Source: an uncultured Spirochaetaceae bacterium (GTDB taxonomy: Bacteria > Spirochaetota > Spirochaetia > DSM-27196 > PWMO01). Taken from it: 64,000 nt of DNA. Of this stretch, positions 1 through 8,782 are shown piece by piece. The position numbers and the translations under genes are program-made. The notes below the pieces were generated by a model that was given only the letters and a program-made list of their open reading frames with translations, was not told where the DNA came from and ran no database searches. Location of the stretch: assembly GCA_964654185.1 (NCBI GenBank), contig CAZZIE010000004.1, forward strand, positions 4,994-68,993. The letters are read 5' to 3'. The stretch's first letter is position 1; the number at the start of each line of letters is the position of its first letter.

Positions 1-220
1 AATCGGTGTACTGGCCGTAGCCCTTGTCGGGCTCGACCTTCGCCTCAACGCTCTCCCCGGGGGTTTTCCCCTCGAGAGCCTCCTCCAGGCCTTCAACAAT
101 GTTGTCGTGCCCGTGGAGATAGGCGAGCTCGCCGTTGTTCTGAGAAGTGTCGAGAACCTCGCCGGCCTCATCCTTCAGTTCATAGTCGATGGTTACGACT
201 GCGTCTTTCTGTACGTTCAC
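1..220 (-). CDS. slyD: FKBP-type peptidyl-prolyl cis-trans isomerase (SlyD-like). Only the N-terminal part lies in the window.
   Basis: Own translation from GTG (complement of 218-220): VNVQKDAVVTIDYELKDEAGEVLDTSQNNGELAYLHGHDNIVEGLEEALEGKTPGESVEAKVEPDKGYGQY. This is a typical SlyD/FKBP N-terminus. A GGAGG lies just upstream (complement of 228-232). The gene is absent from the ORF track because it runs off the window edge. Confidence 0.75.
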   Translation of the reverse strand, partial: MNVQKDAVVTIDYELKDEAGEVLDTSQNNGELAYLHGHDNIVEGLEEALEGKTPGESVEAKVEPDKGYGQYTD

Positions 221-426
221 TGGATTACCTCCGAAAAATGGTCGTTCGACCAGGCAGGACACACCAGTAGCGTTACGGCGTGACGAGATATCGCCGCCCG
301 GCCGTCTCTAACGTACGATGCAGCGGCGGAAAACCTCAAGGATTGCGGGCGAATTCCCGGACTTTCCGGGGGGAGATCTCAGGGGAATGGCCGCAACCGG
401 GCCGTGGGCGCGGGACATCCGGGGGC

Positions 427-496
427 CACCGGCGCGGGACCGCCGGTGCGGGGGCCATGGGCGGGCGCGGGACCGCCGGTGCGCCGGGCACCGGCG
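427..496. repeat. GC-rich intergenic repeat: a 20-bp direct repeat, each copy part of an 8-bp-stem hairpin
   Basis: GGCGCGGGACCGCCGGTGCG occurs at 431-450 and 464-483. Inverted repeats CACCGGCG/CGCCGGTG lie at 427-448 and 474-496. The region sits between the cyclase stop (503) and the slyD start (220). Confidence 0.7.
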
Positions 497-502
497 GCAT
501 CC

Positions 503-3214
503 CTACTTCGAGCTGAGGTTGAACACACCGTCCCAGTTGGCCGGCGGCGCCTTCTTCTGAAACTCGGCGCAGCGCTTCGCGAAGAAGGTCGCGGGGCCGT
601 CGCCGGGTCGAGCCGAGAGCACATCCTGGAAGCGCTTCCGCGCCTGCTCCCAATCACGATTCTCGAATAGATCTAATCCCTCGTGAAAGGTGTCAAGGGC
701 CTCCTTGACCAGAGGATCGAGCTGATTCGCTTCCTCCACCACCTCGAAGAGGCGAACCGGCGTTTCAATACCGACAACGCGGACGCGGTCGAGCTTCCGA
801 TACGCAAAGTGGTCTCCTGCCTCGTTGCGGGTTGCCTCACTGGCAAGGACCCAGGTGCCGTACTGCTTGTTCACTCCCTCGAGCCGCGCCGCCAGGTTCA
901 CAGCGTTGCCCATCATGGTGTAATCCATTTTCTGCAGCGTACCCATATTGCCGACTACCATCTCGCCGGTGTTAATCCCGATCCGCGTCAGCAAAGGCCC
1001 CGGGGTGCGCTCTTCCTCGACAAGCCGCTCGTTCAGCTCCTGCTCCACCCGTTTCATCCGCACCGCCGATAGACAGGCTCGTCGCGCGTGGTCAGGGAGG
1101 TCGATCGGAGCGCCGAAAAAGGAGATGATGGCGTCGCCCTCGTACTTGTCGATTGTGCCGCGCATCTCCAGGATGGTGTCGCTCATGGCGGTCAGGTACT
1201 CGTTGAGGAGCGCGACCAGCGCCTCCGGATCGAGTTTCTCAGAAATCGTTGAGAACCCTTTCACGTCGGTGAAGAAGGCGGTGAGATGCTTCTTTTCGCC
1301 ACCCAACCGCAGCTTGTCCGGGTCGTTCATGAGATCACTGATGACGTCGGACGAGAGATAGTGAGAAAAGGCGTTCCGGATGTACGAGCGCTCCTGGGCT
1401 GTCTGAATGAACTTGAACGCCGTCAGCCCTATGAAGGTGAGACCTCCCGAGATCAACGGTGCGATCATGGGCGGATAGTTCCGGGTGAGCAGAAAGTAGG
1501 CCCCCGCCGCAACGGCAAAGACCACCACGTACCCGACACCGACGATGAGTGAAGGCACCGGGTCGAGGCGGCGAATCGTCAATGCGATTGCGAGAGCCAG
1601 CACCGCAGCGAGAAAGATGCCGTACCAGTGCGGCAGGAAGTCCAGGAACCGCCGTTGCAGGATGGTGTTGGTCACCGATGCGTGGGTTCCAACGTTTGCG
1701 TATTCCGGCGAGAAGGGGTTCACCCCGATATCCGTCGTACCTGTGCCGGTATAACCGATGTAGGCGTAGGAGCCGTCCAGCTCCTCCTTCAGCCTCTCCC
1801 GGTTCTCGGCGTAGGTGCCGTATATCTCCCGGGTGGCGTTGAAGATGTCGGGGACCTCCTCCAGAAGCGGTTCGTACTGGTTGCGCAGATCATCCGGCAG
1901 ATCGTCACGGTCCAGGATGCGCTGCACTTCCCCGAGAATTGCCTGTTCGGCATTACCGTTCACGAAGGTCCCCGTCTGCTGAGCAAACTGCTCCCGGACC
2001 TCCCGGTACTCCTCAATATCCACGTCCCGTCCGTTCTCTACTATGTCGCGCCGCAGGCCGTCAGCGTAGTCGAAGAGCTGCAACGGGTTGGTACCGTCGT
2101 GGAAGTTGAGGTACCCGGCGTCCGACATGGTCCGCAGGTTAGCGACGAGGCGCTCCTCAAGACGCTGATTGCGAACCAGTTCGAAGAATGAAAGATGCCG
2201 AAGCGTGCCCTCGAAGGTACCCTTGGGCCAGTTGATGAGGAACTCGCCATCCGGTGTCAAAGGAATCACAATGTCTTCGGGCTCGTCCTCACCGGGAATC
2301 TGCGCCTGCCGCAGGATAACGCGGTCCGCGTAGGCTTCCACCTCCGGCCTGCCCAGAAGATCGAGCGTCGGCGTAAATGCAAGCTGGCCGAAGAAGTGGT
2401 CCTCGTACTGCGCAAGGATGTCGACCCGTCGACGAACTCCATCCGGATCAATGATAACGTTCGGAAACCCGGCTCCGTCACCACCTCGCAGAATGGTGGA
2501 AATCGTCGGCCGGATACCGGCGGCGGTGAATGGCCAGGTTCCTTCTGTGTTGTCCTCGACATGCTCGAGGGAAAACTCGTTCATGGCGAGCTCGAGGGCC
2601 TCCTGGGGCACCTCCCGTTCAACCTCCGGCGCCATCCCTATGGTGAAGAAGGTGTTGCCGTGAAAGGCGGCGGCGCGCCCGAAGTAGGCATCGTTATCTC
2701 TGGCAATGCTCTGGACCTCGTCCATGAGTTGCTGCCGCGCCTGGTCGGTGAGACCGGCGAGATCCTGAACAAATCCTTCCGCCTCCGAAAGCGGGATCTG
2801 TCCCTGCTGGAGCGCCGTAAAGAGGTCCACGATATTCTGGCGTATCTGTCCGAACTGGTTCTGAAGGACCTCCGGAAACTCCTGATTCAATACCTCTGAG
2901 TTGACCCCTCGGGGGCTCGCCTCGGTGTACTCGATGTCGAGCATGGTAAAGCGGTTGCCGAACTCGGCCAGCATTATCAGCCCGTCGGCTATGATGTGTC
3001 GGCTCCAGGGCCAGACGCCCACCTGGGCAATGGCGGTGTCATCGATTTCGAGAAGGAGGAGGTTCTCATCCTCAGGGATGGGTTCCTTGATCCGGAGCAG
3101 GGTGTCGTAGAGGCGCAGATCCGCCGTCTCGAAGAGCTCGACGAAGGACGCGGCGCCGATGACACCGGCGACAACCAACGGAATGAGCACGTAAAGAACC
3201 GTTGTACGCTTCAC
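503..3214 (-). CDS. CHASE2 sensor-domain adenylate/guanylate cyclase (class III), membrane-bound
   Basis: The ORF has one N-terminal TM segment, a large extracytoplasmic region, a cluster of TM segments (LPHWYGIFLAAVLALAIAL...), then a class-III cyclase core (HLTAFFTDVKGFSTISEKL...YEGDAIISFFGAP...GINTGEMVVGNMG). The preferred start is GTG at 3214 (VKRTTVLYVLIP) with GGAGG 8 nt upstream; ATG at 3259 is an alternative. The track ORF up to 3589 overlaps the divergent gene and is not credible. Confidence 0.85.
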   Translation of the reverse strand: MKRTTVLYVLIPLVVAGVIGAASFVELFETADLRLYDTLLRIKEPIPEDENLLLLEIDDTAIAQVGVWPWSRHIIADGLIMLAEFGNRFTMLDIEYTEASPRGVNSEVLNQEFPEVLQNQFGQIRQNIVDLFTALQQGQIPLSEAEGFVQDLAGLTDQARQQLMDEVQSIARDNDAYFGRAAAFHGNTFFTIGMAPEVEREVPQEALELAMNEFSLEHVEDNTEGTWPFTAAGIRPTISTILRGGDGAGFPNVIIDPDGVRRRVDILAQYEDHFFGQLAFTPTLDLLGRPEVEAYADRVILRQAQIPGEDEPEDIVIPLTPDGEFLINWPKGTFEGTLRHLSFFELVRNQRLEERLVANLRTMSDAGYLNFHDGTNPLQLFDYADGLRRDIVENGRDVDIEEYREVREQFAQQTGTFVNGNAEQAILGEVQRILDRDDLPDDLRNQYEPLLEEVPDIFNATREIYGTYAENRERLKEELDGSYAYIGYTGTGTTDIGVNPFSPEYANVGTHASVTNTILQRRFLDFLPHWYGIFLAAVLALAIALTIRRLDPVPSLIVGVGYVVVFAVAAGAYFLLTRNYPPMIAPLISGGLTFIGLTAFKFIQTAQERSYIRNAFSHYLSSDVISDLMNDPDKLRLGGEKKHLTAFFTDVKGFSTISEKLDPEALVALLNEYLTAMSDTILEMRGTIDKYEGDAIISFFGAPIDLPDHARRACLSAVRMKRVEQELNERLVEEERTPGPLLTRIGINTGEMVVGNMGTLQKMDYTMMGNAVNLAARLEGVNKQYGTWVLASEATRNEAGDHFAYRKLDRVRVVGIETPVRLFEVVEEANQLDPLVKEALDTFHEGLDLFENRDWEQARKRFQDVLSARPGDGPATFFAKRCAEFQKKAPPANWDGVFNLSSK

Positions 3215-3347
3215 GGGATACACCTCCCTCTTTGGGATCACTATAGTTTGCTCCCGCATTGAATTGCAACGAAACGGCGCTGTTGAATCCGTGCTCGACG
3301 GCAACGTATACTGCAAGAATAGAAACGTCTCCACCGGGGAGGGAGAG

Positions 3348-3800
3348 ATGAAACGAATCGTCATTCTGGCGTTGCTGCTTGCCCTGACGGCCGGCTTCGC
3401 CGTGGCACAATCGAACGAGCTCATAGATGAGCTACTAGCTACGGAGGAAGCGCCCTTCGCGGCTGCGGTGTATCTGGTCATGCTCGCCGGCGGCGAGATC
3501 GACGAGGACACCTCGGTCCAGGAGGCGTACAGTGAGTTCGACTTCTCCAACTGGAGGATCGCGGAGAAAGGAGCGGATGCTCCGGTCACCCTCGGCGAGC
3601 TCGCCTACCTCAGTATGGAGACCCTTGGCATTTCGGGCGGCATCATGTACAGCCTGATACCGTCACCGCGGTACGCCGCACGAGAGTTCAGTTATCTACG
3701 GCTCGTCCCGGGCAAGGCGTATCCGGGGCGCGTCCTCTCGGGGCGTGAAGTGGTCGACGTGATTGGCCGCGCCACGCGATACGCGGACCAGCAAGGTTGA
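3348..3800 (+). CDS. hypothetical exported protein (signal peptide)
   Basis: MKRIVILALLLALTAGFAVAQS signal peptide with GGGAGAG just upstream. It is the first gene of a tightly spaced four-gene plus-strand operon divergent from the cyclase. Confidence 0.7.
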   Translation: MKRIVILALLLALTAGFAVAQSNELIDELLATEEAPFAAAVYLVMLAGGEIDEDTSVQEAYSEFDFSNWRIAEKGADAPVTLGELAYLSMETLGISGGIMYSLIPSPRYAAREFSYLRLVPGKAYPGRVLSGREVVDVIGRATRYADQQG

Positions 3801-3811
3801 GGAGGGTAGAC

Positions 3812-5158
3812 ATGCAACGCGTAACAATACTGATTGCAGCGCTTCTGCTGCTTGCGGCGCCTTTTGCCCTCAGCTTCGACTTCGGCGCCGACGTAACAAC
3901 CACTTCCCGTTACACAACCGGCGAGGAGTTCTTCAACAAGGATGCCCTCATCGTGTGGACCGAAGCTCCCCTCGGGGAGAACCACCTCTTCCAGCTCCGC
4001 GGTGGATACGCCTTTTCGACGCTGCTGCCGGTCGAACTTGTCCTGAACCGCTTCGTCATTCAGGGTGATTACAGCCCTACGGCGAATACCAGGCTTGTGA
4101 CACAGCTGGGGCGAATCGGGCTCCAGACACCGTCCGGCATGGTGTTCAACCACGACGTTGACGGCGGCTCACTTCGCATTCAGGCGCCCGGAGCAACGAC
4201 CCGATTCGGCATGGGCTACACGGGATTTCTGTTCGGACCGGCTTCTCAGATTCTGGTGTCCATTGCAGATACGCAGGTTTCTACAACGGACACCTTCGCA
4301 CTGGCCACTCCCAGGGTAGTCGGCACCGCCGCGGTAACCTTTACCGATCTGATTCCCCGACAGGAGATCACCCTGGCCGGGGCGTTTCAGGAGGATCTGC
4401 GGCCGGTCATGAAGCCCGGCAATCTCGACACGCCCCTCATAGGCCCCAACGATACGGATGTTCCCACAGATGCCAGCGGACCGGTTGATACCCAGTACGT
4501 CAGCCTGGGCATCAACGGCGGTATCACCTCCGGCCTCTTCTATCAGGTGTGGGGCACCTACAACGCAGGGAGCATGCTCACGCTGACACAGGACCCCGAC
4601 ACCAACGTTGAGTCCTACCAGCCCACGCCCATCCGCGCATTCGCGGCATCACTCGGCCTTACCTACTTCCGGCCGCAGCTTCTCTCGCTGCGCGTGAACG
4701 GCAAGTTCACCTACACCAGCGGGGACGCGGATCACAGCACCTACTTCGAAGGCAACACCGAGGATGCCTCCACCCTCTACCAGCCCATTAACGCAGCAGC
4801 GGCTTCAATCGCATTTGCCCCGCGTCTTGGGAATATTATGTATGGCGAGTTACATTTAGGAGTGAGGCCCTTCGGCTCGGTGCAGAGTCGATTCTTGCGC
4901 AACCTCGGAGTCAGTTCCGGGGTATATGTGTTTGCACGGAGCACCGAAGGAGCGGTCTCGGCAACCGGCGTCGGAACAGGCGCCGGAAGCAACTATCTGG
5001 GAACGGAGGTGGACTTGAATGTGACGTACCGGCCGTTCTCCGATCTTGGATTGGGAGTTGGCGTGGGAATGTTCTTCCCGAACGGAGGGAGTGGCAGCCC
5101 CATGACCAGCCAGAAACCTGTAACCCGCGCGCGTCTTTCTACGTCGTTTAGCTTCTGA
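3812..5158 (+). CDS. putative outer-membrane beta-barrel protein
   Basis: MQRVTILIAALLLLAAPFALS signal peptide, GGAGGG upstream, alternating beta-strand-like sequence and a C-terminal ...STSFSF ending in Phe, which is OMP-like. Confidence 0.65.
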   Translation: MQRVTILIAALLLLAAPFALSFDFGADVTTTSRYTTGEEFFNKDALIVWTEAPLGENHLFQLRGGYAFSTLLPVELVLNRFVIQGDYSPTANTRLVTQLGRIGLQTPSGMVFNHDVDGGSLRIQAPGATTRFGMGYTGFLFGPASQILVSIADTQVSTTDTFALATPRVVGTAAVTFTDLIPRQEITLAGAFQEDLRPVMKPGNLDTPLIGPNDTDVPTDASGPVDTQYVSLGINGGITSGLFYQVWGTYNAGSMLTLTQDPDTNVESYQPTPIRAFAASLGLTYFRPQLLSLRVNGKFTYTSGDADHSTYFEGNTEDASTLYQPINAAAASIAFAPRLGNIMYGELHLGVRPFGSVQSRFLRNLGVSSGVYVFARSTEGAVSATGVGTGAGSNYLGTEVDLNVTYRPFSDLGLGVGVGMFFPNGGSGSPMTSQKPVTRARLSTSFSF

Positions 5159-5184
5159 AGACGCGGAAGAATAAGGAGAGGGAC

Positions 5185-5868
5185 ATGAAACGCATTGCAC
5201 TGATACTTCTGCTTCTTGCCCTTGCCACACTACCTGCGCTCGCCCAGATAACGGCGGTCGTAGAGGAGACAAGCGGCAAAGTTGAGATACGCCTGCCCGG
5301 CAGTAATTGGGCGACCGCCCGAGTCGGCATGGAAGTGCCGACAGGGGCCACGATCTCCACCGGATTCAACTCCGAGGCGATTCTGGCAATCGGCGACTCC
5401 GTGCTGACGGTTGATCCCCTCACCCGCATGGGTGTTGAGGAGCTCCTACAGAGTGAGGGCGTGGTCAAGTCCAGCCTTCGACTCAACGTTGGTCGCGTAT
5501 CGGCCGACGTCCAGACTGCCGAGGGACTCCAGTCGGACTTCCAGGTGAAGAGCCCGCTCTCGACAGCATCCGTTCGCGGCACCGTTTTCAGCTTCGACGG
5601 CACGACCATTGAAGTCAGTGAAGGTGTCGTGACCATCACCAACAGCCTCGGCCAGACTCGTCGGATCGTCGCGGGCAACCAGTCCACAACGGATGGAGAG
5701 TCCACACCGAGCGGCGAAGAGGAAGAGCTCGAAAACACCACGACCATCGTATTCTCCACCTCCTCCTTCGACGATGAGGCAGGCGAAGGCGACGGGACCG
5801 ACGACGCGCCGGAGGTTACGACGACCGGGACGCTGCCGATCACCATCCAGACAAGCACCGGCCAATAA
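5185..5868 (+). CDS. FecR-domain exported protein
   Basis: Signal peptide MKRIALILLLLALATLPALAQ, then a FecR-like pattern (GKVEIRLPGSNWATARVGMEVPTGATISTGFNSEAILAIGDSVLTV ... ASVRGTVFSF). Confidence 0.7.
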   Translation: MKRIALILLLLALATLPALAQITAVVEETSGKVEIRLPGSNWATARVGMEVPTGATISTGFNSEAILAIGDSVLTVDPLTRMGVEELLQSEGVVKSSLRLNVGRVSADVQTAEGLQSDFQVKSPLSTASVRGTVFSFDGTTIEVSEGVVTITNSLGQTRRIVAGNQSTTDGESTPSGEEEELENTTTIVFSTSSFDDEAGEGDGTDDAPEVTTTGTLPITIQTSTGQ

Positions 5869-5882
5869 AGGAGGGTACCAGA

Positions 5883-7358
5883 ATGAGATTACGAACTACC
5901 CGCCATCTATTCAGAAGCGCCATTGTACTTGTGGGCATTATCTTGCTTGGCGCCTGCTATCTCGGCGGCACGCCTCAAAGCGGTGACATAACCGTGACAC
6001 TTCCTTCGGCCCGGCAGCTTGCCGACGCCGGCCTGCAACCTCAGGTGACTGGAAGCGAAATAGATACGGCACGCATCTATCTGTCCAGAACGCGTGGCGC
6101 GGGGTCGACACTGATCGACCTCAACACGGAAGACGAAGACGTCGACTACCGTGAAGTGGATACGACCGGAGAGGCCACGGACGTGACTCTCTCGGACGTA
6201 CCGACCGGGAGCGGATATCGCCTCTACGTCAGCGTCTGGGACGGATCCACCCTCGCGGGCTACGCCTGGACGGAGACTTCGTTTGAGGTGATTGCCGGCG
6301 AGAATCCCGGCCAGACATTGACGCTGCAAGATGCAGACTTCACTGCGCCGGCACAGCTCGCAACCGAGGCGATTAACGGGCTGACCACCAAGGATGGCAC
6401 GATCTACGCCTCAAGCAGTGAGGCCGTCTTCGCCGTTTCTCCGACGGACGCAACCAGCACGCTCACGCTCGGGGATGCCGGTGGGATCAACTCCGTGACC
6501 GGTGGTGGCGCGGATACTGATGTCTTTGTGAATGCTGCCCAGGGGATCTACCGGGTGGCCGGCACCTCATTGACGGCGTTCGCCGGATATGATGCAGATG
6601 AGTACGGTGCCGCCTTGACGTCCACCGGCTTCACCACTGACACCGGGGAGATCATCATAGCGTTCCAGACTGCGACCGGCCTGGGATTCAGCGCCGACGC
6701 AACCAGCTCCGCTGACGACGATTGGTTTTTCTTTCCCACCGCGGACCTTGTCGGAGACACCGACATAAACCTGTCCATATTCGACCTGGTTGTTGACACA
6801 TCAGGCGACGAGGGTCGCGCCTTTCTGGCGACCTCCGTGGGAGGCTTCATTGTCACGCCCTCCGCTGTCGACGATCTCGCCGGAGAGACAGAGGACGTTG
6901 TGCAGGCAATCGAAGTCTTCGACTTCTACGATGAAGCCATTGACAGCCGTATAGCTACGTCGATCGCCTTCGATGCGGATAACGCCATTCTCTACGTCGC
7001 AGCCCGCGGCGCCGGAGGAGCATGGGCCGTCCAGCTCGGCGAAGACGCGGAAGGAAACACGACCTTCGACGGGACCTCTCTCTCTGAGAACGAGCCCCTT
7101 ATTCCGAACAGGGTCGAGAACGTCGCAGTCCAGTCCGGCGTGAGCAACCCCTTTGTGGCTCTTCTCACCAAGGACGCCGTAGTCCTCTACAGGGATGGTG
7201 ACGGCGTCGTTGAGGTGTATCCCTTCGTCGCGTACGATGTACAGCCGGGTCAGTCGGATCTGGTCGCGTTCCGCGACAAGGATGACGACGGCACCGACGA
7301 ACAACTCGTGGTTGCCGGAAGCAACGGAGTACGCATTCTCGGGAGCCTTCCGGAATAG
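5883..7358 (+). CDS. hypothetical lipoprotein
   Basis: The N-terminus ...IVLVGIILLGAC YLGG has a lipobox-like LGAC. The rest is Thr/Asp/Gly-rich and repeat-like. No family recognised. Confidence 0.6.
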   Translation: MRLRTTRHLFRSAIVLVGIILLGACYLGGTPQSGDITVTLPSARQLADAGLQPQVTGSEIDTARIYLSRTRGAGSTLIDLNTEDEDVDYREVDTTGEATDVTLSDVPTGSGYRLYVSVWDGSTLAGYAWTETSFEVIAGENPGQTLTLQDADFTAPAQLATEAINGLTTKDGTIYASSSEAVFAVSPTDATSTLTLGDAGGINSVTGGGADTDVFVNAAQGIYRVAGTSLTAFAGYDADEYGAALTSTGFTTDTGEIIIAFQTATGLGFSADATSSADDDWFFFPTADLVGDTDINLSIFDLVVDTSGDEGRAFLATSVGGFIVTPSAVDDLAGETEDVVQAIEVFDFYDEAIDSRIATSIAFDADNAILYVAARGAGGAWAVQLGEDAEGNTTFDGTSLSENEPLIPNRVENVAVQSGVSNPFVALLTKDAVVLYRDGDGVVEVYPFVAYDVQPGQSDLVAFRDKDDDGTDEQLVVAGSNGVRILGSLPE

Positions 7359-7394
7359 CAGCGGAAGGCCGTGGACGACGGCAGCTTCCGCTGC
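7358..7394 (+). other. strong GC hairpin overlapping the stop codon of the lipoprotein gene
   Basis: GCAGCGGAAGGCCGT-ggacg-ACGGC(ag)CTTCCGCTGC: about 15 bp of stem with a 2-nt bulge and no U-tract. Confidence 0.5.
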
Positions 7395-7433
7395 GCGTCG
7401 TCCCACGGCACAAAGCCAATTGGACCACACGAA

Positions 7434-7465
7434 GGCGGGTACCGTAACGGTGCCCGCCTTTTTTG
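7434..7465 (+). terminator. Rho-independent terminator
   Basis: GGCGGGTACCG-taa-CGGTGCCCGCC stem followed by TTTTTTGT. Confidence 0.75.
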
Positions 7466-7490
7466 TGTTCGCCCTTCGGTACCGGCCATT

Positions 7491-7525
7491 CTTTTCGTGC
7501 GCCCTCCCGGGCGCACACGAAAAAG
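7491..7525. other. hairpin in the convergent intergenic region (possible terminator for the minus-strand OMP gene)
   Basis: CTTTTCGTGCGCC-ctcccg-GGCGCACACGAAAAAG, an imperfect stem. The A/T runs are part of the stem, so there is no free U-tract. Confidence 0.35.
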
Positions 7526-7620
7526 GGCAGCCAACGCCCTGGTGGACGCCGACTGCCTGTCTGAACTCTGAATCTGTAACGGCGTGCCGCCGCTTCCGCC
7601 TTACCGGACCGGTCCCACCC

Positions 7621-8649
7621 CTAGAAGCTCAGCCTCATACCGGTGGTTACGGCCGGCGCCATGGTGGTAAGGCTGTACTGACCGTGCAGGAAGAGCCCGA
7701 ACCCGCCGAAGACCAGATCGAATCCGCCGCGCGCGGCCAGTGCAAAGTCATAGAGATTGACTGTCGCGCCAGGCTCACTCCCCCCGGACTGCTCTTGGTA
7801 GGAGGTACCTCCAACTGTCAGATCGAAGTTCTTGATACCCGCGCTGAATGTGCTCTGTTGGAAGTACGGAGTCACCGCAATGAACGGAACAAAAAACGCC
7901 AGCTTCTTCGATATGGCGAGCTCCAGCCCGGCCGTGTGGATGGTCGTGTCCACAAAGAGACTCATGCTGTCGGGCACTTCGGCACCGGGCACGACATTCG
8001 TGATCTGGCTGGTTATGTCATCCGTTAATGGAAAAGCGAAGTCGAAACCGGCATACGTGTACCCCAGGCCGGCGGTAATTGCGGGAAAACCCGGAGCGTC
8101 CTCTACGAGGGTCTTTCTAACCTGGCCACCGAGGTTGAGAATGCTGAACTCGAGGCCGCTGAAGTTCGCTGTGGCTTCTCCTCCAAGACTCAGGCCCCAA
8201 CCGGCCAGCGCGTTCGGCACCCACGCGGCCGTGCCGAGAATCTGCCAGCCGGCAATTGTCCCTCCAAGGGTCAGACGAGATAGCGGATAAGGGATGAAAC
8301 CCTCATAGATTGTCTGTACCGTTCCCCCGGCTTCTTCAATGAGGGGGTTCACGATCTCGTTCAAGGGCAGCAACTCGTACTCCGGAGGGGGATCGATCGC
8401 CTCGTCCCAACCCTGCAAGTCGAGAACCGCACCAAGAGACGTACCAATCGTGAAGGATCGATAGGCCGGCACGGATGCATCCCCGGTGGAGATGCCGTTC
8501 ACGGCGGTCTGCTGGAGATGGGGCAGCAGGTGCTCTCCGAGCGATCCCAGAAAGATATTGAAGTCGTCGTCCAGGACGGTGAGGTTCTGGGAGAACCCTG
8601 CGCCAGCTGCAACAACGATAACCATGACAATCAGAAGAAGACGTTTCAT
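7621..8649 (-). CDS. putative outer-membrane beta-barrel protein
   Basis: Start at MKRLLLIVMVIVVAAGAGFSQ (ATG at 8649, GGAGG upstream). Gly/aromatic-rich alternating sequence with a C-terminal ...GMRLSF ending in Phe. Confidence 0.65.
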   Translation of the reverse strand: MKRLLLIVMVIVVAAGAGFSQNLTVLDDDFNIFLGSLGEHLLPHLQQTAVNGISTGDASVPAYRSFTIGTSLGAVLDLQGWDEAIDPPPEYELLPLNEIVNPLIEEAGGTVQTIYEGFIPYPLSRLTLGGTIAGWQILGTAAWVPNALAGWGLSLGGEATANFSGLEFSILNLGGQVRKTLVEDAPGFPAITAGLGYTYAGFDFAFPLTDDITSQITNVVPGAEVPDSMSLFVDTTIHTAGLELAISKKLAFFVPFIAVTPYFQQSTFSAGIKNFDLTVGGTSYQEQSGGSEPGATVNLYDFALAARGGFDLVFGGFGLFLHGQYSLTTMAPAVTTGMRLSF

Positions 8650-8782
8650 CAGCCGACCTCCGGCAGAGTGATCTTTCTCTATTGTCACGCAAACGAAGGT
8701 GTTTTGCAATTGCCGGGCGCGACGGTGTCAACAGGAGCGGATGGGCCGCCCCCGGCCGGGACGCTGAACCGGCGTCGCACCC

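Noticed and set aside
280-670. Cluster of five overlapping 78-105-aa ORFs on both strands in the GC-rich slyD/cyclase spacer and the cyclase 3' end
   Set aside because: They are Arg/Gly/Pro/Ala-rich translations typical of random frames in high-GC DNA. They overlap each other, overlap the repeat/hairpin region, and in part overlap the well-supported cyclase C-terminus. None has an RBS.
3215-3589. N-terminal 125-codon extension of the cyclase ORF in the track (start at 3589)
   Set aside because: It overlaps the divergent exported-protein gene (3348-3800) and is Ser/Ala-rich without homology. A GGAGG-preceded GTG at 3214 sits right before the first TM helix.
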